Origin: Elusimicrobiota bacterium
Lineage (GTDB): Bacteria > Elusimicrobiota > Elusimicrobia > UBA1565 > UBA9628
Length of the DNA: 32,000 bases
Direction of reading: 5' to 3'
Assembly: GCA_027371715.1 (NCBI GenBank)
Contig: DAHXMM010000022.1
Coordinates: 1 to 32,000, forward strand
In this document: positions 1-7,250 of the stretch, piece after piece
Layout: every line of letters begins with the position of its first letter
Numbering within the stretch: the first letter of the stretch is position 1
The notes under the pieces: generated by a model
Seen by the model: only the letters and a program-made list of their open reading frames with translations
Told to the model about the DNA's origin: nothing
Databases searched by the model: none
Program-made: the position numbers and the translations under genes

Positions 1-55
1 CAACGATAATTTTTTTCACGCGATCGTTAATGCTGCCGCTTGCTGTCTCAGTCAT
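1..55 (-). CDS. acpP: Acyl carrier protein, N-terminal fragment cut by the window edge
   Basis: The minus strand from 55 reads MTETASGSINDRVKKIIV..., typical of an ACP N-terminus. It lies 16 nt downstream of fabG, the usual fab gene order. Confidence 0.8.
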   Translation of the reverse strand, partial: MTETASGSINDRVKKIIV

Positions 56-71
56 GTTTCCCCCTGTTTTT

Positions 72-857
72 TTACATGTACCCGCCGCCGTTCACATTGA
101 GAACGTGGCCGGTAATATACGACGAATCCTCCGACGCCAAAAACAAAACGGCTCTGGCAATTTCAATGGGCTCTCCGATCCGCCCAAGGAGAATGCCGGA
201 TAAAAACTTCTGCTTTTCCGCCTCCGGAACCATGTCGGTCATCCGGGTTTTGACGAACCCCGGAGCGACGGCGTTGCACAGGATATTTCGAGAGGCAAAT
301 TCTTTCGCGCAAGTCTTGGTAAAGGAGATGAGGCCTCCCTTGGAAGCCGCGTAGTTGGCTTGCCCGGCGTTGCCTTCCTCTCCGATCACGGAGGCGATAT
401 TGACGATGCGTCCGTAATGGGCCTTGAGCATCGGGCGAATGGCGGCCTTGGTGAAATTAAAGGGCCCTTTCAAATTGATGTTGAGAACCGTATCCCAATC
501 CGCATCGGACATCCTCATCAGCAAATTATCCCGTGTGACGCCGGCGTTATTAATCAAAATGTCAATTTTGCCAAACTTGGCCACCGTTTCCTTGACCACT
601 TCCTCGCAGGACTCAAATTTAGTCACATCACAAGCCATTCCCAAGGTCGTAAAACCTTGAGAAGAAAGACCCTTGGCCGCGTCCGAAACCTTCAGAGCAT
701 CCACGTCGACCAAAACTACTTTAGCCCCTTCTTTTGAAAAAAGCTCCGCGATCGCAAAGCCTATCCCCTGAGCCGAACCAGTCACAATCGCTACGCGATC
801 TTTAAGTCTCTGATATGTCGCGCTCGAAACTTGATTTGCCGTCATTGTCGTTTCCAT
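72..857 (-). CDS. fabG: 3-oxoacyl-ACP reductase FabG (SDR family)
   Basis: Contains VAIVTGSAQGIG, NNAGVTRDNLLMRM, YAASKGG and the C-terminal YITGHVLNVNGGGYM. The ORF track starts at a TTG at 863; the ATG at 857 follows GGGAG with a 6-nt spacer. Confidence 0.95.
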   Translation of the reverse strand: METTMTANQVSSATYQRLKDRVAIVTGSAQGIGFAIAELFSKEGAKVVLVDVDALKVSDAAKGLSSQGFTTLGMACDVTKFESCEEVVKETVAKFGKIDILINNAGVTRDNLLMRMSDADWDTVLNINLKGPFNFTKAAIRPMLKAHYGRIVNIASVIGEEGNAGQANYAASKGGLISFTKTCAKEFASRNILCNAVAPGFVKTRMTDMVPEAEKQKFLSGILLGRIGEPIEIARAVLFLASEDSSYITGHVLNVNGGGYM

Positions 858-935
858 AATCAACTCCCTTAAGGTGATATTGCAAAATTAAAAAAGCCTT
901 TGCAACACTACCGTCCCATTTCCAGAACGCACACT

Positions 936-969
936 AATGCCTTTTCTAATGAATCATGAGGAAGGCATT
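936..969. repeat. Inverted repeat AATGCCTT-18 nt-AAGGCATT in the divergent fabG/cbiX-like intergenic region
   Basis: Perfect 8-bp arms at 936-943 and 962-969. A second pair TTGCAAA-12 nt-TTTGCAA lies at 880-905. Confidence 0.5.
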
Positions 970-1027
970 GTCCCATCCTCAGGACCTTACAAAGGAGAGG
1001 GACTAAAAATAGATATACTATATTGTC

Positions 1028-1531
1028 ATGAAAAAATACACAATCTTAGTCGGACACGGCGCCGTTCCCAAGGACGCCCCCAGAGCCTTGGTGGAAGAAT
1101 TTAAGCGTTTAGAGCGCGTATCTCCAGGCTCTCCTGAATTTTTGGAAGTTGACCGAAAGCTTCGCGCTTGGCCTAGAACCCCCGCAACCGATCCCTATAA
1201 AATAGGTCTTGAACAAATCTTAGCCGCCCTCCAAAAACAAATGCCCAGCCATACGACGATCGAAGCTTATAATGAATTTTGTTCTCCCAGTCTTGAAGAA
1301 GCGTTGGAATTTGCCGCCCAAGACCAGGCGGAAACCATTACCGTCATCCCGACTATGTTCACCCGCGGAGGCATTCATAGCGAGACGGAAATTCCGGAAA
1401 TTATCCGCAAATTTTCAGAAGACCACCCCCGCATCTCGATCAATTACGTCTGGCCCTTTAATCTCGAAGCCCTCGCCAAGATGTTGGCCGAAGAAATTTC
1501 TCGCGTTGAAAAATCCGCTGTTTCTTCCTAG
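1028..1531 (+). CDS. CbiX/SirB-like chelatase (sirohydrochlorin cobaltochelatase family)
   Basis: N-terminal ILVGHGAVPKD and TVIPTMFTRGGIHSETEIPEII resemble the paired His motifs of class II chelatases. Confidence 0.8.
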   Translation: MKKYTILVGHGAVPKDAPRALVEEFKRLERVSPGSPEFLEVDRKLRAWPRTPATDPYKIGLEQILAALQKQMPSHTTIEAYNEFCSPSLEEALEFAAQDQAETITVIPTMFTRGGIHSETEIPEIIRKFSEDHPRISINYVWPFNLEALAKMLAEEISRVEKSAVSS

Positions 1532-1548
1532 GGCTTGCGCTCGCTCAA

Positions 1549-3384
1549 ATGGAGAAGCCGACCCTCCTCTATGATGGAGATTGCTACTTTTGCCGCAGTT
1601 GGGTCAACCGCTGGAGAAAGACATCGGGCCATGCCGTTGAGTTTCGCGCTTATCAAGAAGCCGGACACTTGTTTTCTCATGTTCCCAGCGAAGAACTAAA
1701 AGCCGCCATTCAACTCATTGATTCTCAACACCGATATTCCGGCGCGGAAGCCGTTTTCAAAACCCTCGCCTACGGCGGGCAAAAGGGACCCCTCTTTTTA
1801 TATCAGAAACTCCCGTTTTTTAAAACCCTTAGCGAAACCCTTTACCGCTTTGTCGCCTCCCACCGTAATTTCTTTTCAAAACTCACGCGGCTTTTCTGGG
1901 GAACGCATTTAGAAAAATCAGAATACGCTTTTTCTTCCTGGATTTTTATGCGCCTCTTGGGACTGTCTTATTTGTTCGCTTTTGGGGCGCTCATCTTTCA
2001 ATGGAAAGGTCTGTGGGGACATCAGGGCATACTGCCCGCCCAAATGTATCTTCAAGCGCTCAAATCCCACTTTAGGGAAAAAGCCTATTTCCTCTCGCCC
2101 ACCTTGAGCTGGCTGTTTAAGCCGGACGCATTTTTAGGGTTTATGACCTGGGGCGGAACCTTTTTTTCCTTATTAATAGTGTTGGGAATCGCAGAAGGTC
2201 CTTTGACTTTTCTCTGCTGGCTTTTTTATCTTTCTTTGGTCTCTACTGGACAAGATTTTCTGAGTTTTCAATGGGATATTTTGCTTTTGGAGATCGGACT
2301 CATTAGTTTCTGGATGTTTCCCTGGAGACTTTGGCGCGGGCGTGAAGTCGAAAAACCCAGGCCTGCCGCTCGCATACTTCTTTTCTTTCTCTTATTTAAG
2401 CTTTTCTTTGAATCGGGTCTTGTCAAAATTTTAAGCGGAGACCCAAACTGGCGCAATTTCACGGCCCTTTTTTATCACTTTCAAACACAACCACTGCCGA
2501 CTTGGATCGGCTGGTGGGCAGCTCAGAGCCCCTCTTGGTTACTCAAAATCTCCGCTCTCTCCGCTTTAGCCGTCGAATTGGGCGCGCCTTTTCTCCTTTT
2601 CCTTCCCCGCCGCGCCAAGATGCTGGGCGCCGCCCTCATGATTTTTCTTCAAACCTTGATCGCCTTGACCGGGAATTACGGTTTTTTCAATTTGCTGACG
2701 ATCGCCCTTTGCGTTCTTTGTTTCGACGATTTTTTCTTTCAGGAATTTTTTAGAGGATACTCCTCAAAATTTCATTTGAAGACTGAGACAAAGCCGCTCA
2801 AGCGCCTCAAACGCATCCTCATCTTTTCTTTTGCCGGCCTTTGGGGCCTTCTCTCTTTATCCCAACTGCTGGCCATGCTCATTCCCCAAACTACTCCCAA
2901 ATTTCTTGAGGATTTAGACGCCACTCTCAGCCCTCTTCATATCGCCAGTTCCTACGGCCCTTTCGCGGTGATGACTACTCATCGCTATGAAATCATCATT
3001 CAAGGAAGCGCTGACGGAGTTGATTGGGAAGATTACGATTTTAAGTGGAAACCGCAGGATTTAGAGCGCGCGCCTTCGTTCGTCGAGCCTTATCAACCGC
3101 GGCTCGATTGGCAAATGTGGTTCGCCGCCCTTGAGCCCTATCAAAGACGTTCCTGGTTTACGGCGTTTTTGGTGCGGCTGCTTGAGGGTTCTCCCAACGT
3201 GTTGTCACTTTTGAGAAGTAATCCTTTCGGGCCCAATCCGCCTAAATACGTGCGCGCGCTTATTTATGAATACCATTTTACCTCGTCCGCCGAGCGCCGT
3301 TTAAACGGGCATTGGTGGAAGCGTCAGTTTCAAGGGGCTTATTGCCCTATTCTCGCCCTAAAAGGAGATCAAGATGGCATTTAG
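1549..3384 (+). CDS. Fusion of an N-terminal DCC-type thiol-disulfide oxidoreductase domain (DUF393-like) to a lipase-maturation-factor-like multi-pass membrane protein
   Basis: LLYDGDCYFCRSWVNRW is a DCC motif. It is followed by several hydrophobic helices including LFWGTHLEKSEYAFSSWIFMRLLGLSYLFAFGAL and a C-terminal soluble domain with RYEYHFTS-like residues. Confidence 0.75.
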   Translation: MEKPTLLYDGDCYFCRSWVNRWRKTSGHAVEFRAYQEAGHLFSHVPSEELKAAIQLIDSQHRYSGAEAVFKTLAYGGQKGPLFLYQKLPFFKTLSETLYRFVASHRNFFSKLTRLFWGTHLEKSEYAFSSWIFMRLLGLSYLFAFGALIFQWKGLWGHQGILPAQMYLQALKSHFREKAYFLSPTLSWLFKPDAFLGFMTWGGTFFSLLIVLGIAEGPLTFLCWLFYLSLVSTGQDFLSFQWDILLLEIGLISFWMFPWRLWRGREVEKPRPAARILLFFLLFKLFFESGLVKILSGDPNWRNFTALFYHFQTQPLPTWIGWWAAQSPSWLLKISALSALAVELGAPFLLFLPRRAKMLGAALMIFLQTLIALTGNYGFFNLLTIALCVLCFDDFFFQEFFRGYSSKFHLKTETKPLKRLKRILIFSFAGLWGLLSLSQLLAMLIPQTTPKFLEDLDATLSPLHIASSYGPFAVMTTHRYEIIIQGSADGVDWEDYDFKWKPQDLERAPSFVEPYQPRLDWQMWFAALEPYQRRSWFTAFLVRLLEGSPNVLSLLRSNPFGPNPPKYVRALIYEYHFTSSAERRLNGHWWKRQFQGAYCPILALKGDQDGI

Positions 3385-4156
3385 AAAAATTCTAATAACC
3401 GGAGCTTCTTCCGGAATCGGCCAAGCCATGGCCGTTCTTCTCGCGAAAGAAAAACATCACATCGCCATCACCGGGCGGAGAGAAAAAGCCCTGCAAGAAA
3501 CGGCCGCTCAAATTGAAAGAGAAGGCGGAAAAGCGCTGGTTCTGGTTGGAGACACCACCGATCCCGAAACCGTCGCCCGTCACTACGGCGAAATTAAAAA
3601 CCAGTGGGGCGGGCTTGATTGGGTGATTCTCAACGCCGGAATCAGCCTTAGAAACCCAGGGCCGGAATTTTCCGCCGCCCTCTACAAAAAAACTTTTGAG
3701 ACCAATGTTTTGGGCGCCGTCTACTGGATTGAAGCCGTCATTCCTGACATGGTCAAAGCCAAAAACGGAACCATCGCGGGTATCGCGAGTCTGGCGGGTT
3801 TTGTCGGGCTTCCGCGTTCGGGAGCGTACTCTTCCAGTAAATCCGCCTTAATGGTTTTGCTTGAATCCTTACGCGTTGATTTAGCCGCGTCGAACGTTTC
3901 CGTTGTAACTATTTGCCCTGGATTCATCAAAAGCGAGATGACCGATAAAAACGATCCCCGGGACATGGTTTTTATTTTGGACGCCGAAACCGGCGCAAAA
4001 AAAATCATTCAGGCAATCAAAAAGAAAAAACGTCTGTTTTATTTTCCCTGGCCGCTGGCCATTCCAATGACATGGATTTTGCCCAATCTCCCCCGAGGCG
4101 TTTATGATTTCATCGCCCGCCGCATGCTCAAAAGGCGCCTTAAAAAAAACGAGTGA
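3374..4156 (+). CDS. SDR family NAD(P)-dependent oxidoreductase
   Basis: ILITGASSGIG, LVLNAGIS-type segment (WVILNAGIS), YSSSKSAL. AAGGAG lies upstream and the start overlaps the previous CDS by 11 nt. Confidence 0.9.
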   Translation: MAFRKILITGASSGIGQAMAVLLAKEKHHIAITGRREKALQETAAQIEREGGKALVLVGDTTDPETVARHYGEIKNQWGGLDWVILNAGISLRNPGPEFSAALYKKTFETNVLGAVYWIEAVIPDMVKAKNGTIAGIASLAGFVGLPRSGAYSSSKSALMVLLESLRVDLAASNVSVVTICPGFIKSEMTDKNDPRDMVFILDAETGAKKIIQAIKKKKRLFYFPWPLAIPMTWILPNLPRGVYDFIARRMLKRRLKKNE

Positions 4157-4164
4157 GATTTCCC

Positions 4165-4193
4165 TTGCAAATTTTCCGGGGGCCTGCTATAGT
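4165..4193 (+). promoter_or_regulatory. Sigma70-like promoter TTGCAA-17-TATAGT, ending 6 nt before the ATG at 4200
   Basis: Read directly from ttgcaaattttccgggggcctgctatagtttaggtATG; optimal spacer, -10 matching 5/6. Confidence 0.65.
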
Positions 4194-4199
4194 TTAGGT

Positions 4200-4538
4200 A
4201 TGCAAAATTGGATGCGCGGGCTCATCGCGCTGATTTTTATCGCGAGCTTTTCTCCCAGGCCGGTCTTCGCCGTCTGCGCCCAGATGCCTTGTTGCGCGGG
4301 ACATGTTGCCCATAAAAAACCTTGCAAAAGCTCCAAGTCCTGTTGCGTCAAAAATCCGCCCGCCTTGGCTCAATTTAACGTCTCCCCTTGGCGCGCCCCT
4401 CAAGCCAACGGGGCTTTCGCCTCAACAATTGCCCTACCGGTTTTTTCCTCCGCTATTTTCTTCCCCATTTATTCCTCGCCCGCCATTGGGCCGCCAGGAG
4501 TTTTTAGGTCTCTCGGCCGCTCCCCGCCTCTCGCCTAA
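4200..4538 (+). CDS. Small secreted Cys-rich protein leading the metal-efflux operon
   Basis: In-frame ATG inside the 4104-4538 ORF gives MQNWMRGLIALIFIASFSPRPVFAVCAQMPCCAGHVAHKKPCKSSKSCC...: a signal peptide followed by six Cys and two His. Confidence 0.65.
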   Translation: MQNWMRGLIALIFIASFSPRPVFAVCAQMPCCAGHVAHKKPCKSSKSCCVKNPPALAQFNVSPWRAPQANGAFASTIALPVFSSAIFFPIYSSPAIGPPGVFRSLGRSPPLA

Positions 4539-4601
4539 GCCGTCCTCTGTTTAATTTCGTCTTTTATTTCATCTGTTGTTTCATTTACTTAAGGAGAAAA
4601 A

Positions 4602-5855
4602 GTGTTTAAAATTTTAATTCTCATCGTTTCAATTGCGCCAGCCTGGGGGAGTGAAAACCCGCATCAAGACTTGGATTCTATCATCGCTGTCGCTGTCAAA
4701 AAAAATCCTGAGATTTTGCGGGCCAAGGAACATTGGAAGACCCTCATGGCTCAAGTTCCCGCCGAGGCCACCTGGAATGAGCCCGTCATTGGCTTTCAGC
4801 GAATGAATTTCCAAGGCGGAGACGCCGGCAACTATTGGTCGGTCGCGCAAGATATCCCTTTTCCGGGAAAACTCTCAAAAAGCGCGGAAATGAAGCGGCA
4901 TGAAGCCCTCATCGCCTATCAAGAATATCGCGCTCAAAAACTCAACGTCATCGCGCAAGTCACTAGGACCTACGCGCGGATATGCTGGCTAAAAGACACC
5001 TCCCAAATTCTTAAAAAAGATTCCGAGATTTTGAACGCCGTTTCCAAGGTCGCGGAGGCCTCCGTCGCCTCCGGCCGCGCTAGAGCCGATGAGGCCCTAT
5101 CCGCTCAGGCCGCTTTTATCAAGGTGAGAAATGCGGCAAAAGAAAGACAAGCGGAAAGCCTGGTCCAAGAGGAAGCCCTCAACGCCCTTCTCGACCAAAC
5201 GCCGGGAAACCGCTGGAGACTTTTACCGCCGCAAGAACCTCAAAGGCTCAACGTTGGCGCGTCGCAACTCGACCAACTCGCCCAAAAAATCAGCCCGGAT
5301 TACATGGAAGCGCTTCATCTCATCTCCCACGCTCAAGCCATGGTGACCCTGGGGAAAATGGGTTTTTTGCCGGATTTTCAGTTCACCGCGACCCAGGAAT
5401 CCGGTCGTCCCGTGCCGGCCATGGAGGAAAGCGCCTACGGGGTCAATCTCGCGATTCCCCTTTGGTTCTGGAAAGAAAATGCCGTTCTTAAATCGGCCGA
5501 GACCCATGCCCGCGAAGCCGTCGCCGCATCGAGAGAGGCCCGAAACGAAATTTTTAGGCAAATCCATTCGGAACTCATTGAGGTCAACCTCCACCAGGAA
5601 TTGGCCCAAAGCGACAAGCAAGAACTTATTCCTCTGGCGAAAGGGGCGTTTAAAATCGCGGAAAAAGGATACGAAGCGGGCCGCACCAGTTTTTCGCAAC
5701 TCTCGCAAGCCGTACGCGCTCTTTTAGACGCGCAGCTCAAATATCCGACCGAAGTTGAACTCTATCAGGAACATTTGGCCAATCTTGAACGCGCGTTGGG
5801 CGGACCGCCGAACCTCAAGGCGTCCGCGATGTCCAAGGAGGACATGAACCCATGA
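4602..5855 (+). CDS. TolC-family outer-membrane factor (CusC/CzcC-like)
   Basis: Signal peptide; LDSIIAVAVKKNPEILRAKEHW, LNALLDQTP, YGVNLAIPLWFWKENAVLKSAE, AEKGYEAGRTSFSQLSQAVRALLDAQ. GTG start with AAGGAG at 4591-4596. Confidence 0.9.
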   Translation: MFKILILIVSIAPAWGSENPHQDLDSIIAVAVKKNPEILRAKEHWKTLMAQVPAEATWNEPVIGFQRMNFQGGDAGNYWSVAQDIPFPGKLSKSAEMKRHEALIAYQEYRAQKLNVIAQVTRTYARICWLKDTSQILKKDSEILNAVSKVAEASVASGRARADEALSAQAAFIKVRNAAKERQAESLVQEEALNALLDQTPGNRWRLLPPQEPQRLNVGASQLDQLAQKISPDYMEALHLISHAQAMVTLGKMGFLPDFQFTATQESGRPVPAMEESAYGVNLAIPLWFWKENAVLKSAETHAREAVAASREARNEIFRQIHSELIEVNLHQELAQSDKQELIPLAKGAFKIAEKGYEAGRTSFSQLSQAVRALLDAQLKYPTEVELYQEHLANLERALGGPPNLKASAMSKEDMNP

Positions 5856-6958
5856 AATCAAAAATCCCCGCTCTTTTGACCGCTCTTATTTTACTCATCG
5901 GCGTTTCTTTTTTCCTCAAGAAGACGACTCCGCCCCCCGCCCCGCAAGAAGCGGCGAAAAAAATTCTCTATCAATGCCCGATGCACCCTCAAATCATTCG
6001 TTCAAGTCCGGGGCAATGCCCCCTCTGCGGAATGGACCTTCGTCCGATGGAGCAACTTAAAGAAACGGGACCCGTTGTCCCCAACCGAGCGCCTATTGCC
6101 GTCTCGGCGCGAAAAAAACAATTAATCGGGGTCACCTACGGCGAGGTTAAAATTCGCCCTCTCGCTGAAAAAATTGATGCCCCCGGACGCATCGCCTATG
6201 ATCCCAAGCTCTATCAAGCCGTTGAAGAGTACCGCCAGGCCTTTGAAGCCTTAAAATCCGTAAAATACGCGACGTCCGAAGCGGCTTGGGCTCGTTCCAT
6301 GGAAAAGGCGGCGGCCCTCAAACTCAAGCTACTCGGCTTATCCCCCGCCCAAGTTTCACAATGGCTTAAAAATCCGGAATCCGCTCAAAGCCTTCTTTTG
6401 GGAAAACGCGGCGAAGCGGTTTGGGTTTACGCCGATGTTTATGAGTATAATCTTCCGCTCATCCATCCGGGATTACCCCTCGAAATTCGTTCTCAAACCT
6501 TGCCGGGAAAGACTTGGAGCGCAAAAATTATTTCCATCGACCCCGTCATCAATCCCGAAACCAGAACCGCCCGCGTCCGCGCGCGCTTAGACGACGTCTT
6601 GGGGCTTCTCAAGCCTGGAACCTACGTTGACGTGACCATTCAGTCTCCGTTAGGAAACTTGTTGAGCGTTCCGGACGGCGCGGTGTTGGACACTGGAGAA
6701 AACCAATACGTCTTTGTCGCCGGAAAAGACGGAACCTTGACCCCCACGCCGGTCACGCTCGGGAAAAGAGCCCAAGGCTACATGGAAGTTTTGTCTGGTC
6801 TTAAAGCCGGACAAACCGTCGTCACCTCGGCTAATTTTCTCATCGACGCGGAATCCCAATTTCAGTCCGCGATTAAATCTTTCGCCAAACCCGCAAGCGA
6901 CTCAAGCAAGGATTCCTCTTCCGGCGCGATGGGCTCCATGCCCGGGATGAAGATGTGA
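5852..6958 (+). CDS. cusB: RND efflux periplasmic adaptor (CusB-like) with N-terminal heavy-metal-binding motif
   Basis: YQCPMHPQIIRSSPGQCPLCGMDLRPM, DVYEYNLPLIHPG, TWSAKIISIDPVINPETRTARVRARLDD; Met-rich tail GAMGSMPGMKM; 4-nt overlap with the upstream gene. Confidence 0.92.
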   Translation: MKSKIPALLTALILLIGVSFFLKKTTPPPAPQEAAKKILYQCPMHPQIIRSSPGQCPLCGMDLRPMEQLKETGPVVPNRAPIAVSARKKQLIGVTYGEVKIRPLAEKIDAPGRIAYDPKLYQAVEEYRQAFEALKSVKYATSEAAWARSMEKAAALKLKLLGLSPAQVSQWLKNPESAQSLLLGKRGEAVWVYADVYEYNLPLIHPGLPLEIRSQTLPGKTWSAKIISIDPVINPETRTARVRARLDDVLGLLKPGTYVDVTIQSPLGNLLSVPDGAVLDTGENQYVFVAGKDGTLTPTPVTLGKRAQGYMEVLSGLKAGQTVVTSANFLIDAESQFQSAIKSFAKPASDSSKDSSSGAMGSMPGMKM

Positions 6959-6975
6959 TGAAAAAGGATGAGTCT

Positions 6976-7006
6976 AAAAAAGAAGGCCCCGGTCTCCCGG
7001 GGCCTT
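6976..7006 (-). terminator. Intrinsic terminator (minus strand)
   Basis: Minus strand reads AAGGCCCCGG-GAGA-CCGGGGCCTT-C-TTTTTT: perfect 10-bp stem, 4-nt loop, U-rich tail. The plus-strand reading lacks a U tract. Confidence 0.88.
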
Positions 7007-7033
7007 GGATAGTTCAACGCTCGGCGTCTCTCA
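6976..7033 (-). ncRNA. Candidate small RNA of about 58 nt with bipartite antisense complementarity to the adjacent tRNA-like gene
   Basis: Bounded by a perfect-consensus promoter (7040-7067) and a strong terminator. It contains UGAGAGACGCC (complement 7023-7033) and UUGAACUAUCC (complement 7007-7017), each an exact 11-nt reverse complement of the tRNA. The transcription start is predicted from promoter spacing only. Confidence 0.6.
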
Positions 7034-7039
7034 CTTTTT

Positions 7040-7067
7040 ATTATAACGCCGATATCTCGATTGTCAA
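7040..7067 (-). promoter_or_regulatory. Perfect consensus sigma70 promoter TTGACA-16-TATAAT
   Basis: Plus strand attata at 7040-7045 and tgtcaa at 7062-7067; both hexamers match 6/6 on the minus strand. Confidence 0.8.
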
Positions 7068-7080
7068 GGGGTGTCGGATA

Positions 7081-7110
7081 TCCCCGCCGCGTCTCTTACG
7101 GCGGCGGGGA
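7081..7110. repeat. Perfect 10-bp GC-rich hairpin with 10-nt loop
   Basis: tccccgccgc-gtctcttacg-gcggcgggga. The minus-strand loop is CGTAAGAGAC. No following U tract. Confidence 0.9.
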
Positions 7111-7122
7111 TGTCCATCGAGA

Positions 7123-7194
7123 TTGCGGGAGCGGGACTCGAACCCGCATCGGCCGTTTGAGAGACGCCCGTTCTATCGATTGAACTATCCCACA
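7123..7194 (-). tRNA. tRNA-Glu(CTC)-like gene, structurally atypical
   Basis: TGTGGGA/TCCCGCA acceptor (7 bp with one G-U), GTTC/GAAC D-stem, anticodon loop CTCTCAA, GCGGG-TTCGAGT-CCCGC T-arm, discriminator A. Atypical points: D-loop AATCGATA lacks the GG pair, and there is a G-G mismatch in the anticodon stem. No encoded CCA. Confidence 0.72.
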
Positions 7195-7250
7195 GTCTCT
7201 ACCTATCATACGGGCCAAGAGCCGAGAAAGTTCCATCCAGGAGCCGCTTC

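Noticed and set aside
360-737. 125-aa and other plus-strand ORFs opposite fabG
   Set aside because: fabG is unambiguous on the minus strand; these are shadow ORFs.
871-906. TTGCAA...CAATAT as the fabG promoter
   Set aside because: The -35-like box is acceptable, but the -10 at 17-nt spacing matches poorly, so the promoter could not be placed with confidence.
7081-7110. GC-rich hairpin as the intrinsic terminator of the tRNA
   Set aside because: The stem is strong but neither strand has a following U tract; the next strong terminator is at 6976-7006.
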